From a virus: a DNA stretch of 64,000 bases. The notes beneath the pieces were generated by a model that was not told where the DNA came from, did no database searches, and was given only the letters and a program-made list of their open reading frames with translations. Each line of letters starts with the position of its first letter. Position 1 is the first letter of the stretch. The stretch lies in the IMG/VR virus record IMGVR_UViG_3300047552_002060, positions 1-64,000 of that record. The stretch is one strand, 5' to 3'. The translations under genes were made by a program, and so were the position numbers. Positions 36,900 to 46,862 of this stretch are shown here, one piece after another.

Positions 36900-38303
36900 A
36901 TGTCATCTAGACTTCGCAGCAAGTTGGAAAAAGACCTCTTGGACAAGGAATTTGTCTCGGTTGAAGTTAAGTCACAGTGTTTGTCAACTGTGATTTACGA
37001 GTGTTGTACTAAGACACACCAGTTCATGGGTGCCGTTCTTCAGAGTCTTACTATCAATTACTCTCATCAACTTCCAACTGCTGGTATTTTGTTCAATACC
37101 GATGCTAAGCACTGGGAGATGCTGATTAATCCGTATTTCTTCTGTAAGAAGCTCAATGCTGAGCAGCGCAAGGCCGTGCTGCTTCATGAGCTTAGTCACA
37201 TTCTTCATAAGCACCCATTGCGAGTACCTTTTCTGAAGATTTCGCCACGCAAGCGAGTATTGATGAATATTGCTGCCGACATGGCGATTAACCAGTTCAT
37301 CAAGAATATCCCCGATGGCTGTCCACAATGTACACCATATGACCCCGACCATCCAACTCCATGCCCCAATGAGATGTGTCCCGGTCGCGGCATCTTCCTG
37401 CGTGACTTCTACGACATCGATGACAAGACAAAGGCTCGTATTCCATGGAAGGCCAATCAGACCATGGAGCATTATTACGAGAAGCTTCTGACTCGCTTCG
37501 AAGATCCTGACGATGGCGACGGAGATGGCGATGGCAATGCCGGTGGTGGAGCGTCAACGGGCGACCTACCCCAGACCATCGATGAGCATCTTTGGGATAA
37601 TGGCGCCGTTGAAGAAAAGGACATGCTGGACGCTACTGAGGAATTGGCCAAGCGTGCGATGGTAAAGGCTCGTCTTGATTACGATTCTCTTCCTGGCTCA
37701 GTGAAGGAACTTCTCGAGGATATCAAGGCACGGCGCGCCGAACTTAACTATAAGCAGCTCATTATGTCGGCTATGAAGCGTCACGCCAGCGGCCACGATC
37801 GCAATCATACGTGGACTCGTCCCTCTAAGCGATACGGCAATAAGGCTCGTGGAACGAAGGTAGGTGAGCTGCCGAAGCTCGACATCTATCTCGATTCCTC
37901 AGGAAGTATCAGCATCGAAGAGCTGAATGGCTTCTTAGAAGTTGTAGACCAGTTCCTTCGGGTTGGATCTCGTAAGTGTAATCTGAGTTTCTTCCATACA
38001 GCTCTCTACAAGACCGATAAATACAAGATGGGGACTAAGATTGCCCGAGAAGACATTCAGAGTGGAGGCACCGATCTCACTCCCGTATTGGCCAATATTC
38101 TCAAGAATAAAGCGGATATGGCGATCATCGTGACCGATGGTTGTTATGGGGATGTTCCGGCCGAACAGTGGATGAAGCCTGGCGAGAAGTTTCCACAAAC
38201 ATTGTTCGTCATCTCTAAAGACGGCACGGCGGATCATCCGTTGAAGCGTTTCGGGTCTGAGACGGTCAAGATTCCTGATAGCGCTACGTTTAAGAAGCAA
38301 TAA
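36900..38303 (+). CDS. DUF2201-type HExxH metallopeptidase + vWA domain protein (MoxR partner)
   Basis: LLHELSH, NIAADMAIN, acidic DG linker, LDSSGS MIDAS, GGTD, TDG. Confidence 0.88.
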   Translation: MSSRLRSKLEKDLLDKEFVSVEVKSQCLSTVIYECCTKTHQFMGAVLQSLTINYSHQLPTAGILFNTDAKHWEMLINPYFFCKKLNAEQRKAVLLHELSHILHKHPLRVPFLKISPRKRVLMNIAADMAINQFIKNIPDGCPQCTPYDPDHPTPCPNEMCPGRGIFLRDFYDIDDKTKARIPWKANQTMEHYYEKLLTRFEDPDDGDGDGDGNAGGGASTGDLPQTIDEHLWDNGAVEEKDMLDATEELAKRAMVKARLDYDSLPGSVKELLEDIKARRAELNYKQLIMSAMKRHASGHDRNHTWTRPSKRYGNKARGTKVGELPKLDIYLDSSGSISIEELNGFLEVVDQFLRVGSRKCNLSFFHTALYKTDKYKMGTKIAREDIQSGGTDLTPVLANILKNKADMAIIVTDGCYGDVPAEQWMKPGEKFPQTLFVISKDGTADHPLKRFGSETVKIPDSATFKKQ

Positions 38304-38324
38304 TCTAACCTAAAGGAATAAACT

Positions 38325-38564
38325 ATGAACAAGAATAAGACGTTAAATGATTATTTTTTAGAAAATTGGTATTGGGGAGTCGTACTTGTTATCATCTGCG
38401 GCATTGTGACCCACTGGATCTGGCCAGAAATTAAGGCGCAAGACGCTGCTCTCACGAGTGCTATGTATTTTATCTGGTATCGTATCTACTCTGCCCTAGA
38501 ACTTATGTGGGATACGGTGCAAAAACTTGCGCCGGAGGACAGTGAAGTAAAGGATCTTGAATAA
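38325..38564 (+). CDS. small membrane protein
   Basis: AAGGA SD; TM segment. Confidence 0.6.
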   Translation: MNKNKTLNDYFLENWYWGVVLVIICGIVTHWIWPEIKAQDAALTSAMYFIWYRIYSALELMWDTVQKLAPEDSEVKDLE

Positions 38565-39210
38565 ACTTGATGATATAATTGAGTTTATGATTAAGCCAGA
38601 GACCGACATATTAGAAAAGTTTGAACAACTACTTAAATTTGCTAAAGAAGTTGCTCAAACTGAAGAGCTGGAAGAACTAGTCAAGAGTTGTCCACGCTGT
38701 GGTAAGGCCTCTGCCAATAAGTCTAATCCTTCTGGTCGGTGTTCTAGTTGCCTCAAAAAGTTAGCAGCCAATAAAAAGAAGCCAGGTCACTATCTCCATG
38801 AGCATAAAGTGGCAGACGATGCACTCCGTAGACAGAAGGGGAAAAACGGTACCGCTTCTAAGAAGTCTTCTGGTCTTGGGTCTCGTAAAGAAATCATCAA
38901 TAAAGTGCATTCTGCTGAAAAACGCACTGGACAAGTTTTGTCTCCAGACCGGAAGGACAACTCAAAAGGTTACTCCTCATCTAATGTCCGTATGGTCCCA
39001 CCGCATCTCAATAGAGGTCGACACCATGTTGACGGAAAGAAGTTAGCAGCCTGGAAAAAGAAACTCAAGAAGAACGACATCTCTGATGAAGAATTGTATA
39101 CTTACGTCTTAGCGAAAGCTACAGAGAATCAAACCGAATTAGTATCTGAACTTGAAAAGATGTCTCCCGCTGATTTGATCGCATACTTTTTCGATTCAGA
39201 TGTAGAATAA
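38557..39210 (+). CDS. hypothetical basic protein, possibly degenerate HNH-like
   Basis: EELVKS, CxxC pairs, SPDRKDNSKGY..SNV....N. Confidence 0.65.
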   Translation: MNKLDDIIEFMIKPETDILEKFEQLLKFAKEVAQTEELEELVKSCPRCGKASANKSNPSGRCSSCLKKLAANKKKPGHYLHEHKVADDALRRQKGKNGTASKKSSGLGSRKEIINKVHSAEKRTGQVLSPDRKDNSKGYSSSNVRMVPPHLNRGRHHVDGKKLAAWKKKLKKNDISDEELYTYVLAKATENQTELVSELEKMSPADLIAYFFDSDVE

Positions 39211-39246
39211 CCTTATAAATTCATATTAAATATCTCAAAGGAGCAG

Positions 39247-39663
39247 GTGATGCTTGCTAATGTTTTGTCTTTTGTTTTTGGAGTGGTAGTTACTCTTACT
39301 GGTCTCACATTGCTGTCTCAATTTCTCCTGAAGAAGAGGAGCCAGGCATTAGCACCGACCGAATATGAAGCAGTGTCACAGACATCCTCGCCTCCTCCTG
39401 TTGAACAACCCACCACCAAGCTCTCTGTAAAAGATCGCCTCAAGAAGGCAGTTGATATTACAGCTAAACAGAGTCTACTTGATGCCCGCAAGGGACCCGA
39501 GTTCGTCATGCAGTTTAATGAGTTAGAACTCGAAAAACTTTCTGTATTGAAGACCATTCTAGCCGATGGATTTGATCCACTCATCGTCATTCGCTACAAC
39601 ACTGGTGATCAAGAGATGCTGCTGAGCAGCTATGTTCAGACGATCACCAAGGGGTTGGCTTAG
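39247..39663 (+). CDS. membrane-anchored hypothetical protein
   Basis: N-terminal TM segment. Confidence 0.65.
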   Translation: MMLANVLSFVFGVVVTLTGLTLLSQFLLKKRSQALAPTEYEAVSQTSSPPPVEQPTTKLSVKDRLKKAVDITAKQSLLDARKGPEFVMQFNELELEKLSVLKTILADGFDPLIVIRYNTGDQEMLLSSYVQTITKGLA

Positions 39664-39665
39664 TC

Positions 39666-40070
39666 ATGGCGTTTCACATCGTCACCAAAAATTGCTTTCT
39701 TGTCTGCGAAAAGGTCACCTCAGTGATTCTAGAAGAAGTTTTTCCAGATGGAAAACCAGTTCGTAAGACTAAAAAGAAGCCCGGTCCAAAGAAGAAAGAA
39801 TCAGAAGAAGATAAGCAATTTTCAATTAACATCGCTTATTATCCAGTTAATACATCGCGCTCACAGTCATCTTCTTATAACAGCTCTTCTGGGGCAGAGG
39901 AACAATCGGTAGAATTTCGAATTATAGGAAGAAAAGAGGCAACCGCTCTCTTTAATGAGATCATTAAGGAAGTACAGGAACAGCATCCTAATGAAGCTTA
40001 TTTAGATAAGCTTGTAACTAAGATACTCTCTGAAGATGAGCTCAAAGAGAACTCAATTGAAGAAGCGTAA
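39666..40070 (+). CDS. hypothetical protein
   Basis: ORF; resembles 10781-11095. Confidence 0.65.
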   Translation: MAFHIVTKNCFLVCEKVTSVILEEVFPDGKPVRKTKKKPGPKKKESEEDKQFSINIAYYPVNTSRSQSSSYNSSSGAEEQSVEFRIIGRKEATALFNEIIKEVQEQHPNEAYLDKLVTKILSEDELKENSIEEA

Positions 40071-40299
40071 ACTTATCAAAGAGAAACGAGGTTACATTAA
40101 TCTAATGCGTCATCGAGTTTTATTCGACTCTATATTAATAAATATAGAGCCCAGACTCAATCAGTATGTAGAGCAGGTCGATAACTCGCGCAAGGATTAT
40201 GAAGCTTATTTGTCGCCGAGTGTTCCAATAAAGACATTGAATGTCGCTCCATAATCCTTTCCGAATCCAAAAGAATTTGAAAAATTAATTTGTATCGAG

Positions 40300-41034
40300 G
40301 TGATAATGGGTACATTGCGGGACGAAAAGTATGAAAAATTAGATTATCTGTCACAACTCACTGAGATCGTTGTTAGTCCCCAAAATGAAATTTTGGGCAA
40401 TTTGCCCGAGCGGCTAAAAATTGATTTTGAGCTGTTTAGTAAGGTAAAAACGCGAGCGTGGAATCTATCACTTGGTTTTGAGGTGAATGTAACTCAAATC
40501 TTGATAGAGATTCTCTCTCTAAGAGAGAGAGAGTATATTGAAGACATAAGGAAGTGTTTCACGCTTGAAGCGTCAGAAGATTTAGAAGTTGATTTTGATA
40601 CTCAAAAGATGACTGGAACATTAGTACTAGTAAAAATCGACAATCAGCTAGATGAAAAAAAGTTGTTGGAGATGGCAATCGAAAAGGCTAAACGTCACTT
40701 GTCTTATTATTGTTGGCCTGCGAAGCGCCTTCGAGAGAAGATCTCTACGGTGTTGGATGTCTTTGAGACAGGAAGTGGAAGTGAGTGGGCTAAGACAGCA
40801 TACGGTAGATCAGGATATGAGGGAGAGCGCAAGATATGTGAAGCTCTCACTTCTGTGATTCTTGATAATAAGTGGCGTATTCGCGACACATCAATTATTA
40901 TCAAGATGGGCTCTTGGATACAAGGTTATCTCAAAGACGAAGATGAGTCAAATACTGGTCTTGTGAATCTTATTAAGCTCAAGATTATGGTCGATAAAGA
41001 CCTTCCCATTTACTCTATCGACGAGGTCAAATAA
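40300..41034 (+). CDS. hypothetical protein
   Basis: 244-aa ORF. Confidence 0.7.
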   Translation: MIMGTLRDEKYEKLDYLSQLTEIVVSPQNEILGNLPERLKIDFELFSKVKTRAWNLSLGFEVNVTQILIEILSLREREYIEDIRKCFTLEASEDLEVDFDTQKMTGTLVLVKIDNQLDEKKLLEMAIEKAKRHLSYYCWPAKRLREKISTVLDVFETGSGSEWAKTAYGRSGYEGERKICEALTSVILDNKWRIRDTSIIIKMGSWIQGYLKDEDESNTGLVNLIKLKIMVDKDLPIYSIDEVK

Positions 41035-41531
41035 TGCCATCTGTGTCAGAAAGATTAGCAAAAATTATAGCATCGCATATACCACAGAAGATTGTCTTTA
41101 AAGCGTATATTACTCCTAATGAGAATAGAAGGAGCAGTGTTGTTTTTGAGCCTAAAGTCGTAAAAAGTAGGGAGGTCGTTGAGGACGGTCACGATCCAGA
41201 ATTACATAAGGCTCTTTCTCATAATGTCACCGAGACATGGGACTATGGCGAAAATCGCTTCATGGTATCTACAGAGGTAGATGGTCTCTGGCGCACTATG
41301 AAATATGATGTTATTAGTAAGTATGATCAGATCAGTACGAGAAGCGATGCCACTAAGCGAAAGACAAGTAGATTTATTGATGGCATCAAACTCAGTGATA
41401 AGTATCTACCTGATTTTATCGCACAGATCTTCTTAAAGATAAATAGCGAAGCTTACAAAAAAATGTCACAAGCTGAAAAACAGGCTCTTTTCGAGCAATT
41501 TGAACCACTCCGGAGAATGTATGCTAAGTGA
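41034..41531 (+). CDS. hypothetical protein
   Basis: Coupled ORF. Confidence 0.7.
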   Translation: MPSVSERLAKIIASHIPQKIVFKAYITPNENRRSSVVFEPKVVKSREVVEDGHDPELHKALSHNVTETWDYGENRFMVSTEVDGLWRTMKYDVISKYDQISTRSDATKRKTSRFIDGIKLSDKYLPDFIAQIFLKINSEAYKKMSQAEKQALFEQFEPLRRMYAK

Positions 41532-42057
41532 GCAAGACGACACAGAAGAGATTGTTGAGAAGATTGTGGTGCGACGCAAGCTCACCAATGAAGATGTCAT
41601 CAAATATGAAGCCATGGTCGAAAAGTTTATTCGCGACAGCTGCGTGAAGAATTGGAATGAGGCTCGCACTGGTGGACCTGATGCTCCTCTGGGTGCTTCT
41701 GGCTATACGATCAATGATTTGAAGCAGCACTTGCGTGCTGAAGTATGTGTGGCACTTCAAAACTTTGACCCCAACTACCGAACTAAGGAAGGTCGGACAG
41801 TCAAAGAGAGTACATTCGTCTATCAGCATCTGACGTTTAGAGTTGGTCAACTGATGAAGCGACTCACCAAGAAGCGCTGTGGATACGGTGTGCGCCACAA
41901 TCCAGTTCATCTGGTCATTGAAGATGGAGCAGATGAGTCTGCTCACTATGACGTAGACCTTGGACTCGCTATTGATAAGCGAATCGAACTTACGTATGCG
42001 CAGAAGAGTCAAGTCCAGAAGTTCTTAGACGCGAAGAGATCACGAGGCTTTCGATGA
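41521..42057 (+). CDS. sigma-70 region-2-like protein (no evident region 4)
   Basis: Y..MVEK...DLKQ......AL..FDP...STFVY..L pattern. Confidence 0.6.
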   Translation: MLSEQDDTEEIVEKIVVRRKLTNEDVIKYEAMVEKFIRDSCVKNWNEARTGGPDAPLGASGYTINDLKQHLRAEVCVALQNFDPNYRTKEGRTVKESTFVYQHLTFRVGQLMKRLTKKRCGYGVRHNPVHLVIEDGADESAHYDVDLGLAIDKRIELTYAQKSQVQKFLDAKRSRGFR

Positions 42058-42704
42058 AAATAGTAACAATCTCGGATACCCATAACGCCCACAGCAAGCT
42101 TACTATTCCTGATTGCGACATTCTCATTCATGCCGGGGATGAGTCTTTTCGCGGCAGGAGAGACGAGATCGAAGCATTTGTGAAGTGGTTCGATATTCAA
42201 CCGGCCAAACATCTAGTCTGGATTCCTGGTAACCACTCTCTAGGTGTAGAGGCACACTGGCCAGGTTCTGCTAATTGGATCAAGGATATAAGCCCAAGAA
42301 CTAACATCCTGATGAACTCCGATGTTACCTTAGAAGGTTTAAAGATTTGGGGAAGTCCAGTTACGCCGTGGTTTTGCGACTGGGCATGGAATGTTCAGCG
42401 GGGAGCCGATATCAAAAAGTACTGGGATAAAATCCCAAGTGATGCTTCTATCGTAGTAACACATGGTCCACCACATGGAATCTTAGATGTAGTTGAGCCC
42501 AATTCCCATTCCGCGTATCCTCGACATGCTGGATGTGAAGAGCTGATGAAGGCAATGGTACGAGTCAAGCCTAAGCTTCATGTATTTGGCCATATCCATG
42601 AAGGATACGGCGTTCATGTTACGCCTGATACTACATACGTTAACGCATCTATCATGGATGTGGGTTATGATCCTGTCAATCTGCCACTAGAGTTTAACTT
42701 ATGA
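42054..42704 (+). CDS. calcineurin-like metallophosphoesterase
   Basis: SDTH, HAGD, PGNH, THGPP, FGHIHE. Confidence 0.92.
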   Translation: MKIVTISDTHNAHSKLTIPDCDILIHAGDESFRGRRDEIEAFVKWFDIQPAKHLVWIPGNHSLGVEAHWPGSANWIKDISPRTNILMNSDVTLEGLKIWGSPVTPWFCDWAWNVQRGADIKKYWDKIPSDASIVVTHGPPHGILDVVEPNSHSAYPRHAGCEELMKAMVRVKPKLHVFGHIHEGYGVHVTPDTTYVNASIMDVGYDPVNLPLEFNL

Positions 42705-43084
42705 TGATTTATCTTGATGACATGAGATCAACTCCAGAGGGTTGGCATCGATGCTTCAAGATTGAAGAAGTTCAGGAGTTGATGCAGACGAATGTCGTCA
42801 CACATCTGAGCTTAGACCACGATCTCGGAGCTTCTTACCTATGTAAGAATTGTTTTGACTTTGATCGCACTATGTGTGACGAAGAAAGTTGTACATGTAT
42901 GTGCCACAGCGTCGAGTTCTTCACTTGTCCCACTGGGTATGATCTGTGTAAGTGGATGGCCGAACTTGACTGTTGGCCGATCAATAAACCAATGGTTCAT
43001 TCTGCTAATCCAGTCGGTGCTCGCAATATGCGCGAATGCATTGAGAGGTACTGGCATGCACCAGGAACTTCGAGGAGATATTGA
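42701..43084 (+). CDS. cyclic-phosphate-processing receiver-like domain protein
   Basis: IYLDDxR, LSLDHDLG, TGYD, HSANPVG. Confidence 0.8.
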   Translation: MMIYLDDMRSTPEGWHRCFKIEEVQELMQTNVVTHLSLDHDLGASYLCKNCFDFDRTMCDEESCTCMCHSVEFFTCPTGYDLCKWMAELDCWPINKPMVHSANPVGARNMRECIERYWHAPGTSRRY

Positions 43085-43305
43085 TGGATGACTTCACTCT
43101 AATACCTTTCGATACAACGAACGAGCACAAAGTACTCGAGAAGGCGCTAATTAAGGCATTATTAGAATTTCATCAACAATACGGAAGAACGGCTAGAAAA
43201 CGTTTAGACATATCGATTGCGCTTTCAGCAGTGAAGATACTTGTTCATTTGAACAATGCACTTAATGAAGCCGGGTTGAAAATCGTAAAAAACAATGGCA
43301 AATAA
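43081..43305 (+). CDS. hypothetical protein
   Basis: GAGGAG SD. Confidence 0.5.
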   Translation: MMDDFTLIPFDTTNEHKVLEKALIKALLEFHQQYGRTARKRLDISIALSAVKILVHLNNALNEAGLKIVKNNGK

Positions 43306-43501
43306 CTGTTCGTGTGGACATCCATGGGGCGATCACTATGATGCATCATACTGCCTTCACGATGATTGCTACTGTGGAGTGTGTCTCCTATGTGGAGAAC
43401 AGTTTATTGAGAGACCGTTGAACTTCGGTTTTTGTCCGCATTGTAAAAGATTAAAGATGACGCTTGATCAGCTCTTAAAAAAGGAACCCACCGATGCCTA
43501 A
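43295..43501 (+). CDS. small Cys/His-rich protein
   Basis: CSCGH...H...C..CxxC. Confidence 0.55.
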   Translation: MANNCSCGHPWGDHYDASYCLHDDCYCGVCLLCGEQFIERPLNFGFCPHCKRLKMTLDQLLKKEPTDA

Positions 43502-44156
43502 ACATGAACACGAATTTGCGGATGACGAACAGACGAACCAGGTCCAAGAACCGGTAGACGAAGATGGACCCATCTGGGTCAATACTGTCACCGAAGACTC
43601 AGCGCGCGCTTTTGTCAAGCAGCTACAGATACAGTCACGTAAGGATCTCAGCGCTCCAATTATCATCTATATCGACTCACTGGGCGGTGATGCCTATTCG
43701 CTGCTGACCATGATTGGGGCCATGGAATGCATTCCCAATCAGATCATTACCTGCGCGATGGGCAAAGCAATGAGTGCAGGTGCGATTCTTCTGGCCTGTG
43801 GCGATGTCAGATATGCAAGCCAGCACGCGACAATCATGGTCCATGAAGCTACAGCTATGATCGGTGGACATATCGATGACATGAATATTCAGCATTCTAA
43901 TCTAACTAAGCTCAACGAGAAGCTGATGAAGCTTCTAGTTAAGAAGTGCGACTTCCGAGGCGGTGTCAGTGCACTCAAGAAGCAGCTGGCCAACTCTCGA
44001 GACTGGTATCTCGATGCCGAAGAAGCCGCTAAATTTGGCCTAATTCACCATGTGGGTGTTCCTACGTTGTATAAGAATCTTTCAATGCAATATCTTTTAT
44101 CGTCTAACCCAAGGGGAAACAATGATCAAGGATCTGGAAAGAAAGCTAAAGATTAA
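43494..44156 (+). CDS. clpP: ClpP-like serine protease 2
   Basis: IDSLGG, AMSAG, MVHE, RDWYLDAEEA..FGL. Confidence 0.88.
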   Translation: MPKHEHEFADDEQTNQVQEPVDEDGPIWVNTVTEDSARAFVKQLQIQSRKDLSAPIIIYIDSLGGDAYSLLTMIGAMECIPNQIITCAMGKAMSAGAILLACGDVRYASQHATIMVHEATAMIGGHIDDMNIQHSNLTKLNEKLMKLLVKKCDFRGGVSALKKQLANSRDWYLDAEEAAKFGLIHHVGVPTLYKNLSMQYLLSSNPRGNNDQGSGKKAKD

Positions 44157-44260
44157 CGGAAAGCCAGTACAAGTAATCTGTAATCAAATCGCCTACGAAT
44201 CATTGAGTAAATTAGTTGTTTTGCCAGAGCTGCTAAAGCAATTAGAAAGCAAGGAAAACC

Positions 44261-45457
44261 ATGAGCACGCACAGAGTTGAAGTAGTCAAAATTGATGAGA
44301 TTCTTGTTCATCCGGGAGCCGATCGCCTCGAGCTCGCAAAGATCAGCGGCTGGCAAGTTGTCACCGGAAAGGGCAATTTTCAAGTTGGGAACTTAGTGCT
44401 CTATATTCCAGTTGACTCTATCCTCCCCAACTCACTCGAGATGCGCCTATTCCCGCCTGGGTCAAAGATTACCTTGAAGAAGGGTCGCGTGCGCTCAATC
44501 AAGATCCGCGGACAGATGTCACAGGGAATGATTGTCTCTCTTCAGGTAGTTAAGGAGGAGCTGATTGCTCTTGGTAAGTTTGAACAACTGCCAAATTATC
44601 GTCACGGTGATGATTTTACTAATACGCAGGGTGAAGCCTTCATTGCTGAAGGCGATGATTTTGCAGAACTACTTGGCGTAACTAAGTATGAGCCACCCGA
44701 GCCTGAGTTTGCAGGTGGACCGACTAAGGGTGCCAAGAAGGCAAGTAAGAACCAAATCAATCCTAACTTCAAGAAATATACAGACATTGAGAATATCAAG
44801 TGGTACACTAATGTCTTTAAGGAAGGCGAACAGGTGTATATCAGCGAGAAACTACATGGGACATCTGCGCGCTACGGATATGTCCCTCGTCACTATGAGG
44901 GATTCTTGGCTCCACTTAGGACAGCGGTGATGGATTTTCTCTCTAAGTGGGGTGTCGTCAAGACACACCAGTTCGTGTATGGCTCGCGAAATTGTCAACT
45001 TCACACGGGCTCAAATCAGAGCTGGTACAAGGAAGATGTCTACTCGAAGATTCTTCACCAGGAAGATATCAAGAGCAAACTACAACCTGGTGAGTGTGTT
45101 TATGGCGAGATCGTTGGCCACAATATCCAGAAGAACTATGCCTATGGCTGTAAGGAAGGAGAGCATAAGTTCTATGTCTATGATGTGATGGTAGACGGCA
45201 AGTGGCTCGATTATCCTGCCTTTGCTCGATGGTGTAGTCAACGTGGCTTCGCGCCTGTTCCTAAGCTCTATGTCGGTCCTTGGAGTCAAGAGGTTCATAT
45301 GAAGCACCGCGACGGCGAGTCCACTATCGGCGGACAGAAGATCCGCGAAGGTGTGGTAGTTAAGTCTGTCGTAGACGAAGAGTCTATCTGCGGGCGTAAG
45401 GTACTAAAGAGCATCAGTGATGCTTACTATCTAGAGGATAATAGTTCTTATCACTAG
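44261..45457 (+). CDS. ATP-dependent RNA ligase (DRB0094/Rnl5-like) with N-terminal OB domain
   Basis: HPGADRLE..GWQVV, SEKLHGTS, YGEIVG, YDV, REGVVVK, LKSIS. Confidence 0.88.
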   Translation: MSTHRVEVVKIDEILVHPGADRLELAKISGWQVVTGKGNFQVGNLVLYIPVDSILPNSLEMRLFPPGSKITLKKGRVRSIKIRGQMSQGMIVSLQVVKEELIALGKFEQLPNYRHGDDFTNTQGEAFIAEGDDFAELLGVTKYEPPEPEFAGGPTKGAKKASKNQINPNFKKYTDIENIKWYTNVFKEGEQVYISEKLHGTSARYGYVPRHYEGFLAPLRTAVMDFLSKWGVVKTHQFVYGSRNCQLHTGSNQSWYKEDVYSKILHQEDIKSKLQPGECVYGEIVGHNIQKNYAYGCKEGEHKFYVYDVMVDGKWLDYPAFARWCSQRGFAPVPKLYVGPWSQEVHMKHRDGESTIGGQKIREGVVVKSVVDEESICGRKVLKSISDAYYLEDNSSYH

Positions 45458-45459
45458 TT

Positions 45460-45930
45460 ATGAAAGAAATTGTATTAAATGGCAAGTATGCTAATGGTCG
45501 AAAGGCCCTAATAGATGATCAAGATTATGACAATCTAACCGACCATTCGTGGTCTGTTGGTAGCAATGGTTATCCACGGTGTACTCATGAACAAAAACAA
45601 TTTCTTATGCATGACTTCATCATGCCGCCGGTTCCCGGCATGATGGTTGATCACATTAACCAAAATAAGCTAGACAATCGTCGAGATAATTTACGGTATG
45701 TGACTAAGTCGCAGAATATGACCAATCGCCCGAAGCAAAAGAATAATACGTCTGGAAATAAGGGAGTTTATTACCTTAAATCAGGCAATAGGAGTAGGCG
45801 TTGGTTCGCTAAATTCAAGTTTAATGGAAGGTTTTATCAGTCTGAATATGTAGCTACAAAGGACGAAGCAGTTAAACTTTATGAGCAATTGGCTTCTAAA
45901 TATCAAGGTCAATACAAATCGACGGTATGA
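45460..45930 (+). CDS. HNH endonuclease with AP2-like C-terminus
   Basis: VDHINQNKLDNRRDNLR..T..QN..N; NNTSG.KGV. Confidence 0.88.
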   Translation: MKEIVLNGKYANGRKALIDDQDYDNLTDHSWSVGSNGYPRCTHEQKQFLMHDFIMPPVPGMMVDHINQNKLDNRRDNLRYVTKSQNMTNRPKQKNNTSGNKGVYYLKSGNRSRRWFAKFKFNGRFYQSEYVATKDEAVKLYEQLASKYQGQYKSTV

Positions 45931-46133
45931 CATATCGTAATATTTACTATATTCAAGATAATACAAAAAATCATAAAGAAGATGAAGTCTATGTACACAT
46001 GGCACGCTTCTTTTGTTTGTGCGACTCTCTGTTCTCGACTCAATGCAAATCTTGGAATTTTTATGTAAGTGATCTTTTAAAGTTCGCTAAACGATATAGC
46101 AGAAGACCTGCAAGGCAGGAACATCAACTATGA
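45927..46133 (+). CDS. small protein, tandem paralog A
   Basis: KSWNFYVSDLLKFAKRY. Confidence 0.55.
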   Translation: MTYRNIYYIQDNTKNHKEDEVYVHMARFFCLCDSLFSTQCKSWNFYVSDLLKFAKRYSRRPARQEHQL

Positions 46134-46348
46134 TCAAACTTGCGGATATGATTAAACTTACAGATATAAGGTCTTTGCTGCCTCTCTCCCACAAAGAAAA
46201 ATGGGAGAGAGTTCATGGTGCAATTTGTGGGTTATTTACTGTAGGTGCCCATCTATTTCCAGAAATAAAGGCATGGGACACATACTTGTCTGATCTCAGT
46301 GTTTTTACGCAGAGGTGGACCCCATATGCCCGTATCAAACAAAGGTGA
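46130..46348 (+). CDS. small protein, tandem paralog B
   Basis: KAWDTYLSDLSVFTQRW. Confidence 0.55.
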   Translation: MIKLADMIKLTDIRSLLPLSHKEKWERVHGAICGLFTVGAHLFPEIKAWDTYLSDLSVFTQRWTPYARIKQR

Positions 46349-46490
46349 AACACCAGAGCTTAAAGCTGCATGGAGATTCTTTAAAGTGGTTAATGACCTC
46401 AAGTTAGCTAATATCTTTGGCATGCTTTGGAATGTTTATCCTGTTTTAACTTTTATGGAACGTCGCAATCATGCCAGACTGCAGACTTAG
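46326..46490 (+). CDS. microprotein, LKLIS-motif family
   Basis: AWRFFKVVNDLKLAN. Confidence 0.5.
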   Translation: MPVSNKGETPELKAAWRFFKVVNDLKLANIFGMLWNVYPVLTFMERRNHARLQT

Positions 46491-46695
46491 TGATTGCCTT
46501 TACCGAAATAAAAAGAAAAATGGCGGCATGCGCGCCGTGGGTGGATGTAAGTGTGATAAATGTCCACAATGTGGGTCTTACATAAGACCTACAAGACCGG
46601 AATATCACAGAGATTGGTGCTCTTATCAGTGGTGGATTCCTCCACACCATAGGGGCAAGATGACCTCTAGACCAAGTCCTCTTTTTAAAAGATAG
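46471..46695 (+). CDS. small Cys-rich protein
   Basis: GGCKCDKCPQCG...H..WC. Confidence 0.5.
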   Translation: MPDCRLSDCLYRNKKKNGGMRAVGGCKCDKCPQCGSYIRPTRPEYHRDWCSYQWWIPPHHRGKMTSRPSPLFKR

Positions 46696-46706
46696 GAGTA
46701 TTAGGT

Positions 46707-46862
46707 TTGATAAATAGGGAAAGAGCCTGTCTCTTAATCACTCGGCGCTTAATAATAGTCCTATCTAGATTAGACTTGGTTTTATATGCCACTGCGGTCA
46801 ATTTAATCTTGAGCACAATCCCACTACAAAAGTTCAGTGAATCGTGGGTAAAGAAAAATTGA
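46707..46862 (+). CDS. microprotein, LKLIS-motif family
   Basis: AGGAG SD + TTG start; RRLIIVLSRLDLVL. Confidence 0.45.
   Translation: MINRERACLLITRRLIIVLSRLDLVLYATAVNLILSTIPLQKFSESWVKKN

Noticed and set aside
34455-38300. Multiple long antisense and alternate-frame ORFs over the MoxR and vWA genes
   Set aside because: Shadow ORFs expected from GC-rich biased codon usage; no motifs
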